From Candidatus Krumholzibacteriota bacterium (lineage in GTDB: Bacteria > Krumholzibacteriota > Krumholzibacteriia > LZORAL124-64-63), in assembly GCA_039714075.1 (NCBI GenBank), contig JBDLKA010000028.1, positions 1 through 36,313 of the forward strand: DNA of 36,313 nt, given 5' to 3'. Positions 16,627 to 26,342 of the stretch are shown piece after piece. The position numbers were made by a program, and so were the translations under genes. A model generated the notes under the pieces. It was not told the origin of the DNA, made no database searches, and saw only the letters and a list, made by a program, of their open reading frames with translations. The stretch's first letter is position 1. Each line of letters begins with the position of its first letter.

Positions 16627-19305
16627 ATGCAATCGCAACTCAGATTGTTCGCCCTTCTGTTGATCCTCTCCCTGGCAGCCTCGTCTGCTGCCTTCGCCGC
16701 GCCCGATACCCGGGCCTTCGTCCCTGTCCAGAACGGATTCACCAATACGGCCGAGGAAGTCGTCCCCTTTGCACAGGGCCGCGTTCTGGTCAAATTCCGC
16801 GCCAACGTGATGATGGAAAAATCCCTGAACGGGATTCCTTTCGAACGAGGTGCGCGGATGCCGGGCGCCACGACGGGCATCGCCACGGTGGACGCGATCG
16901 CGGCCAAGGCCGGAGTGAGCCTGATCGAACGGCCCTTCATCACTCCCAAAAACCGGGACAAGGCTCTCGAAGTGGGCACCGACCGCTGGTTCATGATGCA
17001 TGTCGCGGACGGCGACATGGTGGAACTGGCCAACCGGTTGGCCAAGGATCCGTCGGTGGAACTCGCCACCCCCGACTGGATCGCCTTCCCGGCCGACGTT
17101 CCCAACGATCCCCTGTACGCCGACCACTGGGGCCACAACAACACGGCCCAGATGATCAGCTACGACTGGTCGACCTACAGCCACACCGGCCCTACCGTGG
17201 GCACGGTCGGCTTCGACGCCAACGCGGAAACCGCCTGGAACACCACCTATGGTGATCCCTCGGTCGTCATCGCCATCATCGACAGCGGCGTGGACATCTA
17301 CCACGACGACCTGAACTGCACGACCGGTTACGACTTCGGTTCCGGGGACACCAATCCCATGGACGATTCGAACAACGCCGGCCACGGCACCTGCTGCGCG
17401 GGCGTGACCGCCGCGGTGGCGGGCAATGGCACCGGCATCGTCGGCATCGCCGGCAACTGCACCATCATGCCGCTCAAGGTTGCCAACAACCAGGGCTCGA
17501 TGTACTTCTCCTACATCCAGAACGCCCTGTACTACGCCGCCGACAACGGCGCCGACGTGATCAGCATGAGCCTGGGCGCGGCGATCAGCTCCGATCCGGC
17601 CACCGACGCGGCCATCGAGTACGCCCACAATGCCGGCTGCACGATCCTGGCCGCCACGGGCAACGAGAACAACAGCGTCATCAGTTACCCGGCCATCCAC
17701 GCGGACGTGATCGGCGTGGGCGCGGCTTCCCCCTGCGGCGACCGCAAGCGCAGCAGCAGCAACACGGGCGAGCTGAACCCCGGCGTGTACGCCGACCCCA
17801 ACGGTTACACCTGCGACGGTGAGCGCTGGTGGGGCTCGAACTACGGTTCAACCTCCCAGGACGACCGGGGCGCCGTGGACATCATCGCCCCGACCATCGT
17901 GCCGACGACCGATATCTCGGGCAGCGGCGGCTACGACTCCGGCGACTACGACATGTTCTTCAACGGTACCTCCTGCGCCACGCCCTACGCGGCCGGCGTC
18001 TGTGCGCTGATCAAGAGCGTGTACCCCAGCTACACCCCGGACCAGGTGCGGAACCAGCTCGTCAGCACGGCGTTCGACATCGTGAACGTCGAGTCCGGCT
18101 CCGGTTGGGACCGCTATTCGGGCTACGGCATGGTCGACGCGGCCGCGGCCGTGGGCGGCGGCTCCCCGCCGCCGACCCCGCCGGTGGCGGACTTCACCGG
18201 GACGCCGACCACGGGCGACTACCCGCTGACGGTCACCTTCACCGACCAGTCCACCAACACCCCGACCAGCTGGTCCTGGACGTTCGGCGACGGCGGCACC
18301 TCGACCGCCCAGAATCCGGACTACACCTACACGGCGGCGGGCACCTACTCCGTCACCCTGGACGTCTCCAACGCCGACGGGTCGGACTCGCTGACCAGGA
18401 CGAACTACATCGTCGTCACCGAGCCCCCGGCTCCCGAGCCCCCGGTGGCGGCCTTCACGGGTACGCCCACCAGCGGCGACTACCCGCTGAACGTGACGTT
18501 CACGGACCAGTCCACGAACGATCCGACGAGCTGGAGCTGGAACTTCGGCGACGGCGGAACCTCGACGGCCCAGAACCCGACCTATGCCTACACGGCGGCC
18601 GGAACCTACACCGTCACGCTGACGGCGACCAACGCCTACGGCAGCGACGACGAGGTCAAGGCCGGTTACATCACGGTCACCGAGCCCCCGGTGGGCGGCA
18701 CCATGCATGTGGACGACATCCACGTGTACCGTGTGCAGAGCGGCCGAAAGTATTACGGCCGGGCGGATATCACCATCGTCGATGACGGAGGAGCCCCCGT
18801 GTCCGGCGCCACCGTCACCGCCTACCACACCGGGGACCTCGTCGGAACCGTGTCCGGCGTGACCGGCACCGACGGCGTGGTCACTCTGGGGACTGCGAAA
18901 AAAGCGTGGGGCACGGCCGACTACTGCTTCGAGGTCACCGGCGTGACGCACACTTCCCTGACCTACGATTCGGGCGCCAACGTGGTGACCAAGTCGTGCG
19001 AGGGCGGCGACGTGTTCAACGCCGACAACCGGCGCGTGATCGACACGGTCATGCTGAACCAGAACTCCCCCAACCCGTTCAACCCCCGGACGGACATATC
19101 CTTCAGCCTGCCGGCCGAGGGCCACGTCCGCCTGGTGATCTACAACGTGAAGGGTGAGCTGGTGGAGAGGCTGGCCGAGGGCACCTACGGCCCGGGCCTG
19201 CACACCTTCGGCTGGAACGCGGCCGACCATGCGAGCGGCGTCTACTTCTATCGTCTGGAAGCCCCGGGCTTCACCCAGACGAAGAAGATGATCATGCTCA
19301 AATAG
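16627..19305 (+). CDS. Secreted S8 serine peptidase with prodomain, 2 PKD domains, Ig-like domain and FlgD/T9SS-type C-terminal domain
   Basis: Signal peptide; catalytic triad IIDSG / HGTCCAG / NGTSCATP; oxyanion ATGN; PKD repeats ~18181-18420 and ~18442-18681; tail NSPNPFNP...KKMIMLK. Alternative TTG start at 16624. Confidence 0.94.
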   Translation: MQSQLRLFALLLILSLAASSAAFAAPDTRAFVPVQNGFTNTAEEVVPFAQGRVLVKFRANVMMEKSLNGIPFERGARMPGATTGIATVDAIAAKAGVSLIERPFITPKNRDKALEVGTDRWFMMHVADGDMVELANRLAKDPSVELATPDWIAFPADVPNDPLYADHWGHNNTAQMISYDWSTYSHTGPTVGTVGFDANAETAWNTTYGDPSVVIAIIDSGVDIYHDDLNCTTGYDFGSGDTNPMDDSNNAGHGTCCAGVTAAVAGNGTGIVGIAGNCTIMPLKVANNQGSMYFSYIQNALYYAADNGADVISMSLGAAISSDPATDAAIEYAHNAGCTILAATGNENNSVISYPAIHADVIGVGAASPCGDRKRSSSNTGELNPGVYADPNGYTCDGERWWGSNYGSTSQDDRGAVDIIAPTIVPTTDISGSGGYDSGDYDMFFNGTSCATPYAAGVCALIKSVYPSYTPDQVRNQLVSTAFDIVNVESGSGWDRYSGYGMVDAAAAVGGGSPPPTPPVADFTGTPTTGDYPLTVTFTDQSTNTPTSWSWTFGDGGTSTAQNPDYTYTAAGTYSVTLDVSNADGSDSLTRTNYIVVTEPPAPEPPVAAFTGTPTSGDYPLNVTFTDQSTNDPTSWSWNFGDGGTSTAQNPTYAYTAAGTYTVTLTATNAYGSDDEVKAGYITVTEPPVGGTMHVDDIHVYRVQSGRKYYGRADITIVDDGGAPVSGATVTAYHTGDLVGTVSGVTGTDGVVTLGTAKKAWGTADYCFEVTGVTHTSLTYDSGANVVTKSCEGGDVFNADNRRVIDTVMLNQNSPNPFNPRTDISFSLPAEGHVRLVIYNVKGELVERLAEGTYGPGLHTFGWNAADHASGVYFYRLEAPGFTQTKKMIMLK

Positions 19306-19331
19306 TCAGGCAACCTGACTCTCGCCCAACT

Positions 19332-19360
19332 CGGCCCCGGACTTCGGTCCGGGGCCGTTT
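19332..19360 (+). terminator. Rho-independent terminator with cUUCGg tetraloop
   Basis: CGGCCCCGGAC-TTCG-GTCCGGGGCCG-TTT. Confidence 0.8.
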
Positions 19361-19455
19361 GCGGACAACCTGCCGGTGGCGAACCGCGTGAAACCGATTA
19401 GATTTGAGCGGAATGAACCATGAGCCTTCACATCCACCGCAGGATGAGGTTATAG

Positions 19456-20547
19456 ATGTTGCCCGACAATCATCCCCTGGCTGAAGTCGCCGCCAAAGTC
19501 GCCGCCGCAGAACGCTTGTCCGAAGAAGACGGCTTGCTGCTGGCCGCGAGTGATGATCTGCCCGCCCTCGGCCTGCTGGCCCACAACGCGCGCACGCGAT
19601 TGCACGGCGACGCCGTCTACTACAACATCAACCGCCACCTGAATCCAACCAACGTCTGCTACGTGGGCTGCGAACTTTGCGCGTACGCCGACGACCCCAA
19701 CGCCGAGGGCACCTGGTCGTATTCACCCGCCGAATGCGTGGAAATCGCGCGCAAGGACTGGTCGCCCGACGTGACCGAGTTCCACATCGTGGGCGGCCTG
19801 CATCCGCGGTGGAAGTTCCCCGTGTACGTGGACATCCTCAAGGCCCTCAAGGAGGCCTTTCCCACGGTGCACCTGAAGGCCTTCACCATGGTGGAGATCG
19901 ATTTCCTGGCCAAGCTGGGCAAGATGTCCGTGCCCGAGACCATCACGGTTCTGCGTGAAGCCGGCCTGGACAGCTGCCCCGGGGGCGGGGCGGAAATCTT
20001 TCATGAAGAGGTGCGCGAAAAGATCGCTTCGAAAAAGATGAGTTCCGACCGGTGGCTCGAAGTGTCGGGCATGGTTCACGAGCACGGTTTGAAATCGAAC
20101 TGCACCATGCTGTTCGGGCACATAGAAGAGCCGCGGCACTGGGTCGACCACCTGATCCGCCTGCGGGAACAGCAGGACAGGACCGGCGGCTTCCAGTGCT
20201 TCATCCCCCTGGCCTTCCATCCCGAGAACACCAAATTCGCCCATCTGCCGGGCCCGGACCTGAAAGCCAAACTGAAGGTGATCGCTTTGAGCCGCCTGCT
20301 GCTGGACAACATCCCGCACATCAAGGCCTATTGGGTGATGCTGGGTCGGGAAATCGCGCAGCTCGCTCTCAGGTTCGGGGCCAACGACCTGGACGGAACG
20401 GTGATCGACGAGCGCGTGACCTTCGCCGCGGGGGGTGCGGCGGGCAAGGGCATGACCGTGGACGACATCCGGGAATTCATCCGGGGCGTGGGTCTGCGTC
20501 CGGTGCTGCGCGACACCGTCTACAACGAAATCGAAACGGTCGGCTGA
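19456..20547 (+). CDS. mqnE: Aminofutalosine synthase MqnE (radical SAM, futalosine menaquinone pathway)
   Basis: NRHLNPTNVCxxxCxxC; HIVGGLHP; HLKAFT; PGGGAEIF; FIPLAFHP; NIPHIKAYW. Confidence 0.9.
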   Translation: MLPDNHPLAEVAAKVAAAERLSEEDGLLLAASDDLPALGLLAHNARTRLHGDAVYYNINRHLNPTNVCYVGCELCAYADDPNAEGTWSYSPAECVEIARKDWSPDVTEFHIVGGLHPRWKFPVYVDILKALKEAFPTVHLKAFTMVEIDFLAKLGKMSVPETITVLREAGLDSCPGGGAEIFHEEVREKIASKKMSSDRWLEVSGMVHEHGLKSNCTMLFGHIEEPRHWVDHLIRLREQQDRTGGFQCFIPLAFHPENTKFAHLPGPDLKAKLKVIALSRLLLDNIPHIKAYWVMLGREIAQLALRFGANDLDGTVIDERVTFAAGGAAGKGMTVDDIREFIRGVGLRPVLRDTVYNEIETVG

Positions 20548-20556
20548 GGTCCGGTC

Positions 20557-21000
20557 TCAATCGGTCAGACGGCTGGTTTCCGGCAGCCCCTCACCGGCGT
20601 ATTTCGTGGTTGCCGCATCGATGATCAATCCCACCACCGCGCCTTCCAACACGATCCAGAACGGGCTTTCGATACCGCTGAAAGCGCCTTCCAGCTGCTG
20701 CATGAGAAGGCTCAGCTTGTCGTACATCAGGAACGCCAGGACCAGATTCAACCAGGCCCCGAAAACGATGCCGCGAAACCAGCAGGGCATCTGGAATTTC
20801 AGCAGGGGATGATGGTCGAACATGCCGAGGATCCCGATGAAGACCCCGAAGGTCGTATACCACAGCAGGATGCCGATGCGTAGCCGCATGCCCTCTTCGG
20901 GCCACAGGGCCGGAATCATGAAGAAACCGATCAGGCCGATGACCAGACCGATAATCTTTGCGGTGCCGATGCGCTTGAGGATATAGGAGTCCGTGTCCAT
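20557..21000 (-). CDS. Hypothetical ~4-TM membrane protein
   Basis: Four hydrophobic segments; GGGGAGGGG RBS upstream of ATG 21000. Confidence 0.75.
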   Translation of the reverse strand: MDTDSYILKRIGTAKIIGLVIGLIGFFMIPALWPEEGMRLRIGILLWYTTFGVFIGILGMFDHHPLLKFQMPCWFRGIVFGAWLNLVLAFLMYDKLSLLMQQLEGAFSGIESPFWIVLEGAVVGLIIDAATTKYAGEGLPETSRLTD

Positions 21001-21154
21001 GAGCCCCTCCCCTGGAAATTCCCCTTTGTGACCATGCAGGAAGTATAGCCCCGGCCGCACCGAAGCGCCCCTCTTGACACCGGGGGTGGAGGTGGGGCTT
21101 ACTGGCGGGCAACCAGGTCATAACTGTTTCGCCGGAGTGAAAGGACAGGGAGTC

Positions 21155-21988
21155 ATGGCCCAGGACAGAACCCTCAGGGGCAAGACCATCTTCATCACCG
21201 GGGCCAGCCGCGGCATCGGCGAAGCCATTGCGCTGCGGGCCGCCCGCGACGGGGCCAACATCATCATCGCGGCCAAGACCACCACGGCCCACGCCAAGCT
21301 GCCGGGCACCATTCATTCCGCCGCCGAGCAGATCGAGAAGGCGGGCGGGCGCGCCCTGGCCGTCAAGACCGACATCCGGTTCGAGGACCAGGTGGCCGCC
21401 GCCGTCGAACAGGGCGTGGCCGAATTCGGCGGCCTGGACATCGTGGTCAACAACGCCAGCGCCCTGGGTCTGACCGGTCTGCGGGAAACGACCCCGAAGA
21501 TGTACGACCGCATGCAGGACATCAACGCGCGGGGCAGCTACATGACCACCCGGGCGGCCATGCCCCACCTGTTGAAGGCCGACAATCCGCACGTGCTGAA
21601 CATCAGTCCGCCCTTGAACATGAATCCCAGATGGTTTGCCGGGCACGCGGCCTACACCCTGTCCAAATACGCCATGAGCGTGTGGGTCCTGGGCATGTCG
21701 GCCGAGTTCGCCGAGCAGGGGGTGGCGTTCAACGCGCTGTGGCCGAAGACGGCCATCGCGACCGCGGCGGTGCGCAATCTCCTGGGTGGGGAAAAAATGA
21801 TCAACGCCAGCCGCAAACCCGCCATCATGGCCGATGCGGCCTGGGCCGTCCTGACCCGGGACAGCCGCACCTGCACGGGCCGGTTCCTGATCGATGAAGA
21901 GGTCCTGGCCGAAGAGGGCGACACGGACCTGGACAAGTACGCCGTCGTTCCCGGAACGCCCCTGATTCCCGATTTCTTTCTCGACTGA
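21155..21988 (+). CDS. Short-chain dehydrogenase/reductase (HSDL2-like NAD(P)-dependent oxidoreductase)
   Basis: ITGASRGIG; AAKT...H.KLPGTI; NNASA; YTLSK; ALWP.TAI.TAAV. Confidence 0.92.
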   Translation: MAQDRTLRGKTIFITGASRGIGEAIALRAARDGANIIIAAKTTTAHAKLPGTIHSAAEQIEKAGGRALAVKTDIRFEDQVAAAVEQGVAEFGGLDIVVNNASALGLTGLRETTPKMYDRMQDINARGSYMTTRAAMPHLLKADNPHVLNISPPLNMNPRWFAGHAAYTLSKYAMSVWVLGMSAEFAEQGVAFNALWPKTAIATAAVRNLLGGEKMINASRKPAIMADAAWAVLTRDSRTCTGRFLIDEEVLAEEGDTDLDKYAVVPGTPLIPDFFLD

Positions 21989-21998
21989 GGTGGCCGGC

Positions 21999-23432
21999 AT
22001 GAACAGAACCAAGATCATCGGCACCATCGGACCCGCCAGCCGCGACCGGCAAACCCTCGCCCGGCTCATGAAGGCGGGGATGAACGTCTGCCGCCTGAAT
22101 TTTTCCCACGGGACCCGGGACGAGCACGCCGCCCTGATCCGGGACATCCGGCGCGTGGCGCAGGAAGAAGGCCGCCACGTGGCGATCCTGCAGGACCTGG
22201 CCGGACCCAAGATCCGGACCGGACCGCTGGCTTCCGGAACTGTCACCCTGGCCGAGGGCGCGTCCTTCCGGCTGACGAACCGCGAGGTCCCCGGCGATGA
22301 AACCGAGGTGGGGCTGACCTACCCGGACCTGCCGGGCATCGTCCGTGCCGGGGACACCCTCATGCTGGCCGACGGGCTGATGGAACTGACCGTGGAATCC
22401 GCCGACGGCACCGACGTGGAATGCCGGGTGGTCAAGGGCGGGCCGCTGGGGTCGCACAAGGGCATCAATCTGCCGGGCCGGACCATCGACGCCGCCATCC
22501 TTTCGCCGAAGGACCGTGCCGACCTGGAATTCGGGCTGGCCCAGGAAGTGGACTACATCGCCCTTTCCTTCGTGCGCGGCGCCGAAGATGTCGCCGCCGC
22601 CAACGAGATCATTGCCGCGGCCGGCAAGGACACCCCGGTGATCGCCAAGATCGAGAAGTTCGAGGCCCTGGACAACATCGACGGGATCATCGCCGCCGCC
22701 GGCGGGATCATGGTCGCGCGCGGCGACCTGGGTGTGGAAATTCCCCTGGAAAAGGTGCCGCGCGCCCAGAAGACGATCATCCGCAGGTCCAACGCCGCGG
22801 GCAAACCCGTGATCACCGCAACCCAGATGTTGCGGTCCATGGTCGATAATCCCCGCCCCACCCGGGCCGAGGTGACCGACGTGGCCAACGCCATCCTGGA
22901 CGGCACCGACGCGATCATGCTGTCCGAGGAGACGGCCGTCGGACAATTCCCGGTCCAGGCGGTGGAGGTCATGACCCGGGTGGCCGCCGAAACCGAAAAA
23001 GCATTCGACTTCGAGGGCTGGACCAAGAAATTCAAGTTGGATAGAACCATGAGCTTCGAGGCGGCCGTCGCCCTGTCGGCGGTGGAGATGGCGCACGACA
23101 TCGGTGCCACGGCCATCATCACCTGCACCAAGAGCGGCAGCACAACCCGCCTGGTCGCCCGCCACCGGCCCCGGCAGCCCCTGCTGGCGTTGACTCCCGA
23201 ACACAAGACCGCCCAGGAAATGGCCCTGGTGTTCGGGGCCGAACCCCTGATTTCCGCTCCCGTCGAAAGCGGCGACCTGCTGGAGAAGCAGGCCATCAAG
23301 GCGGCCTACCGGGCAGGGTACGTGAAGAAGGGGGACGCCGTGGTGATCACCGCCGGCCTGCCCTTCCACGTCGAGGGCACGACCAACCTGATCAAGATCG
23401 CCCGGGTGGGCCGCAAGGACGGCACGCTGTAG
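21999..23432 (+). CDS. pyk: Pyruvate kinase
   Basis: RTKIIGTIGPAS; RLNFSHG; DLAGPKIRTG; AKIEK; MVARGDLGVE; ATQMLRSM; MLSEETAVG. Alternative GTG start at 21990. Confidence 0.97.
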   Translation: MNRTKIIGTIGPASRDRQTLARLMKAGMNVCRLNFSHGTRDEHAALIRDIRRVAQEEGRHVAILQDLAGPKIRTGPLASGTVTLAEGASFRLTNREVPGDETEVGLTYPDLPGIVRAGDTLMLADGLMELTVESADGTDVECRVVKGGPLGSHKGINLPGRTIDAAILSPKDRADLEFGLAQEVDYIALSFVRGAEDVAAANEIIAAAGKDTPVIAKIEKFEALDNIDGIIAAAGGIMVARGDLGVEIPLEKVPRAQKTIIRRSNAAGKPVITATQMLRSMVDNPRPTRAEVTDVANAILDGTDAIMLSEETAVGQFPVQAVEVMTRVAAETEKAFDFEGWTKKFKLDRTMSFEAAVALSAVEMAHDIGATAIITCTKSGSTTRLVARHRPRQPLLALTPEHKTAQEMALVFGAEPLISAPVESGDLLEKQAIKAAYRAGYVKKGDAVVITAGLPFHVEGTTNLIKIARVGRKDGTL

Positions 23433-23439
23433 TTCCCGG

Positions 23440-26193
23440 TCAGCGGATGATCACGAACCGTCCCTGGAAATCCTCGAACCGGCCGTCGTCCGACTGCACG
23501 GTGTACAGATAGATGCCGCTGACCACTTCCTGCCCGTTGCGCGACACCAGGTTCCACGAAATGCTGCCCCGGTTGCCCGTGCCGTCGTGATACAACCGCT
23601 TCACCAGGTCGCCGCTGGCGGTGAAAATACTGATGGTGTTGCGGGCGGCCGGCAGGTTGGTGAACATGATGCGTTCACCGGTGGGATCGTCCCGGGACGG
23701 AGGTTGTTTCTGGAACTCGGCCAGGGCCTGCCGCGTGGCCGGATTGGGGAAGACGTAGATGTTCGTGCCTTCCCTGGCACGCCTCTCCGCGGTCTGGGGA
23801 GTTGGGGACGGCATGGTCATCTGGAACCGGTTGCCGGGATCCTCCCTGATGCCGACCCCCGACGGCACCCATTTTTCCCCGTCCCAGAACAAGGTGTGAT
23901 CCGTAGCCACGACGGAATAGTAGAGTTGGAATCCGTCGTGGACCTCGCGGTCGAAGTGGTGGTAGTACCTGGTTGCGCGCTTGCCGACCACCCCGGCCGC
24001 CGAATCGCGGGAGGCGACGGCGAAGAACGTGTCCAGGACCGCGGGCAGGCTTTCCCAGGGAATGAGGATTTCCCGTCCGGGGATGACGATTCCCTGCGAA
24101 TCCCGCAAGGGGGGACGCCGGGTGAACCGGCCGTCCACGTCGGCGTCCACGAAGTCCTGCATGGCTGCGGCCAGATTCCCGAAAGCGGGGTCGCCCAGGC
24201 AAGCCGGCGTGTACAGAGCCGGTTCCAGTCCCGTATTGCGGCCCAGCGGCAGACGGTTCTGCGAACGCCCGACTCCCGGGGGAACGAAGTTGGCGACGTC
24301 GTACTCCCCGATCATGCCCCACGCGGCGGACCCGGGCGCCAGGTCGCCGCCGGTTCCGGGCGGACGGGTCCAGTTGGCCACCCGCCAGATCTGGTACGAC
24401 TCGAAGTCGATCACTTCACGAATGAAATCGGGTTCGTGTTCGCTCACGTCGTCCCAGAGGATTTCCACCTGTTCGTGCCCCGGCACCAGACGAAGGTTCG
24501 GGAGAGTAGGCGGCCTTTCCTCGTTGCCGATCCAGGGCACCCTGGTTTCCCGCCCACCCAGGCCGGTGTAGATCCGGGCGTTGGGATAGGCGTCCCAATT
24601 GATCCTGTGGGCAAAGGTGTCGAACATCTGCACGTCACAATCCATTCCCAAAGCGCGGTAGCATTCCTCGCAGTTGTCCGCGTTGACGTAGATGCACCAG
24701 CGTCCGTCCTCGTCCTCGAACAACATGCTCTTGTTGATGTAGGGGACGAACATCCGGGGGTGATCCCCGGCGCAGGTTTCGTCGGGCATCATTGCCCGGT
24801 AGTCGAACAGGCGTTCCGCCCCGCTGGGGTATTTCGGCAGATCACCCAGGCAGACCTTGGCTTCCGTCCGGGCGAAGCCGGTGTACCACAGCCCGTCCAG
24901 ATTGAACCAGCGGCCCCGGACCATCTCGCTGGCCTTCACCGCGTTGGCGAGCATTTCCGCCTGTCCGTTGCCCGCGACCATTCCCAGCCGATAGATGAGT
25001 TTTCCGCCGGGTTTGACGAAATTGAACGGGCCGCTGGAGATCATGTACTTCAGGTCGCCCGGCTGGTCGATCCGGCGGTCCGGATCGTGCTCGTCACGGG
25101 ACATGAGCATGTAACGGTCCTCGTCGGACAGGGGTTCGCCGTCCTGGTTGACCCGGGCTTTGGTGGCAAATATCTGGTAGGAGCGGACCTTGGTATGGTT
25201 GGGGGCGGTGGACTGGCTGAAGTCGGTCTTGTGTTCCAGGAGGATGGTGCCGAACCAGCCGGGCAAAGGGTCGGTGGGATCGGCGTCGCGCATCCAGGCC
25301 AGCTGGATGCGGTTGAAGGAACCGTCGCTGCCCCGGACGGCCCCGCTGTAGAACCCCGCCAGATCGTCGTGCCCGCTCTGGATCTCCCCCCGCCGCTGGA
25401 TGTCGCAGTCGACGTAGAAACCGAGATAGAGACCGTCGAGAATCTGGTAGCCGTGGTTGTATATTTCGTAGTCCAGGATGACGATGTCTTCCAGGTCTTC
25501 ACGGTACCAGGTCGCCGCGCGCTGCACCACGGTCAGGTTGAGGGGATTGTGCTCGGGATAGAGCTCGTTGGCCAAGGCCGTGTTGTCCTTCATGGTGCAG
25601 GTGAACATCTGGTCGCCCAGCTGGCCGAAATCCTCGTCCACCTCGCCGTCGCCGTCGTCGTCACTGCCGTTGAGCAGGTCCTCGTCGTAGTCCCCGTCAC
25701 CGTCGTCGTCGGCGCGGGGATGGGGCAGGCGGTTTCCGGCGGTCACGTCGTTGGGCCAGGGCCGGATCACCTTGCCGTTCCTGGCCTCGTAGATGGTGTC
25801 GAAAAGACCGGCACCGGGACGAAGTTCCCGTACCGGCTGACCGGTCGAGACCACCGCCTGGCCGTTGATCATGCCCCCGATCCACAGCCCGGCCCCCCAC
25901 AGGTATTCATGGCCGGAGCCTCCCGGCCACTCTCCCGAGGGCGCGGTGCTGAAGGGCAGGCTGGTGGTGAACTGGGAACCGATCAGGCCGTGGTTGGTGA
26001 TGTTGACATGCAGTTCGCCCACGTTCAGGACATAGGAGCCGTCCAGGATGTGAACGCCGTCGGGCCGGATCACCTCATCCTCGCGAAGGTTTTCGTCCGG
26101 TCGGCATAGAGCGGCCCCGGACAACCCGCAGGCGGCAGCCAACACCAGTCCCAGGGCCATGGTCCGGCCCGGCGAAGAGCGAGCGAACGGCAT
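23440..26193 (-). CDS. Large secreted protein of unknown function (DxDGDG motifs, Cys-rich module, FN3-like segment, VFPNP-type C-terminal domain), paralog 2
   Basis: Signal-like N-terminus from ATG 26193, which aligns with the start of the paralog; DDDGDGDYDED; tail IYVFPNP...FTNLP...WNLVSRNGQEVVSGIYLY...GRFVIIR. Confidence 0.85.
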   Translation of the reverse strand: MPFARSSPGRTMALGLVLAAACGLSGAALCRPDENLREDEVIRPDGVHILDGSYVLNVGELHVNITNHGLIGSQFTTSLPFSTAPSGEWPGGSGHEYLWGAGLWIGGMINGQAVVSTGQPVRELRPGAGLFDTIYEARNGKVIRPWPNDVTAGNRLPHPRADDDGDGDYDEDLLNGSDDDGDGEVDEDFGQLGDQMFTCTMKDNTALANELYPEHNPLNLTVVQRAATWYREDLEDIVILDYEIYNHGYQILDGLYLGFYVDCDIQRRGEIQSGHDDLAGFYSGAVRGSDGSFNRIQLAWMRDADPTDPLPGWFGTILLEHKTDFSQSTAPNHTKVRSYQIFATKARVNQDGEPLSDEDRYMLMSRDEHDPDRRIDQPGDLKYMISSGPFNFVKPGGKLIYRLGMVAGNGQAEMLANAVKASEMVRGRWFNLDGLWYTGFARTEAKVCLGDLPKYPSGAERLFDYRAMMPDETCAGDHPRMFVPYINKSMLFEDEDGRWCIYVNADNCEECYRALGMDCDVQMFDTFAHRINWDAYPNARIYTGLGGRETRVPWIGNEERPPTLPNLRLVPGHEQVEILWDDVSEHEPDFIREVIDFESYQIWRVANWTRPPGTGGDLAPGSAAWGMIGEYDVANFVPPGVGRSQNRLPLGRNTGLEPALYTPACLGDPAFGNLAAAMQDFVDADVDGRFTRRPPLRDSQGIVIPGREILIPWESLPAVLDTFFAVASRDSAAGVVGKRATRYYHHFDREVHDGFQLYYSVVATDHTLFWDGEKWVPSGVGIREDPGNRFQMTMPSPTPQTAERRAREGTNIYVFPNPATRQALAEFQKQPPSRDDPTGERIMFTNLPAARNTISIFTASGDLVKRLYHDGTGNRGSISWNLVSRNGQEVVSGIYLYTVQSDDGRFEDFQGRFVIIR

Positions 26194-26278
26194 GGTAGGC
26201 ACAACCCCTGGACAGAGAAATCCCCTCAGGGTCGCCACGAATCGGCCGGAGAGCGGTTTTCCGGCCACCATTTACATG

Positions 26279-26307
26279 ATATTACAGAAACAACATTTTG
26301 GGGTCAA
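26279..26307 (-). promoter_or_regulatory. Sigma-70-type promoter of paralog 2
   Basis: TTGACC-N17-TAATAT on the minus strand; same position relative to the leader as the paralog 1 promoter. Confidence 0.7.
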
Positions 26308-26342
26308 AAGGGAGCCGGTCGACAGGTGGGGGGAGGAATACC

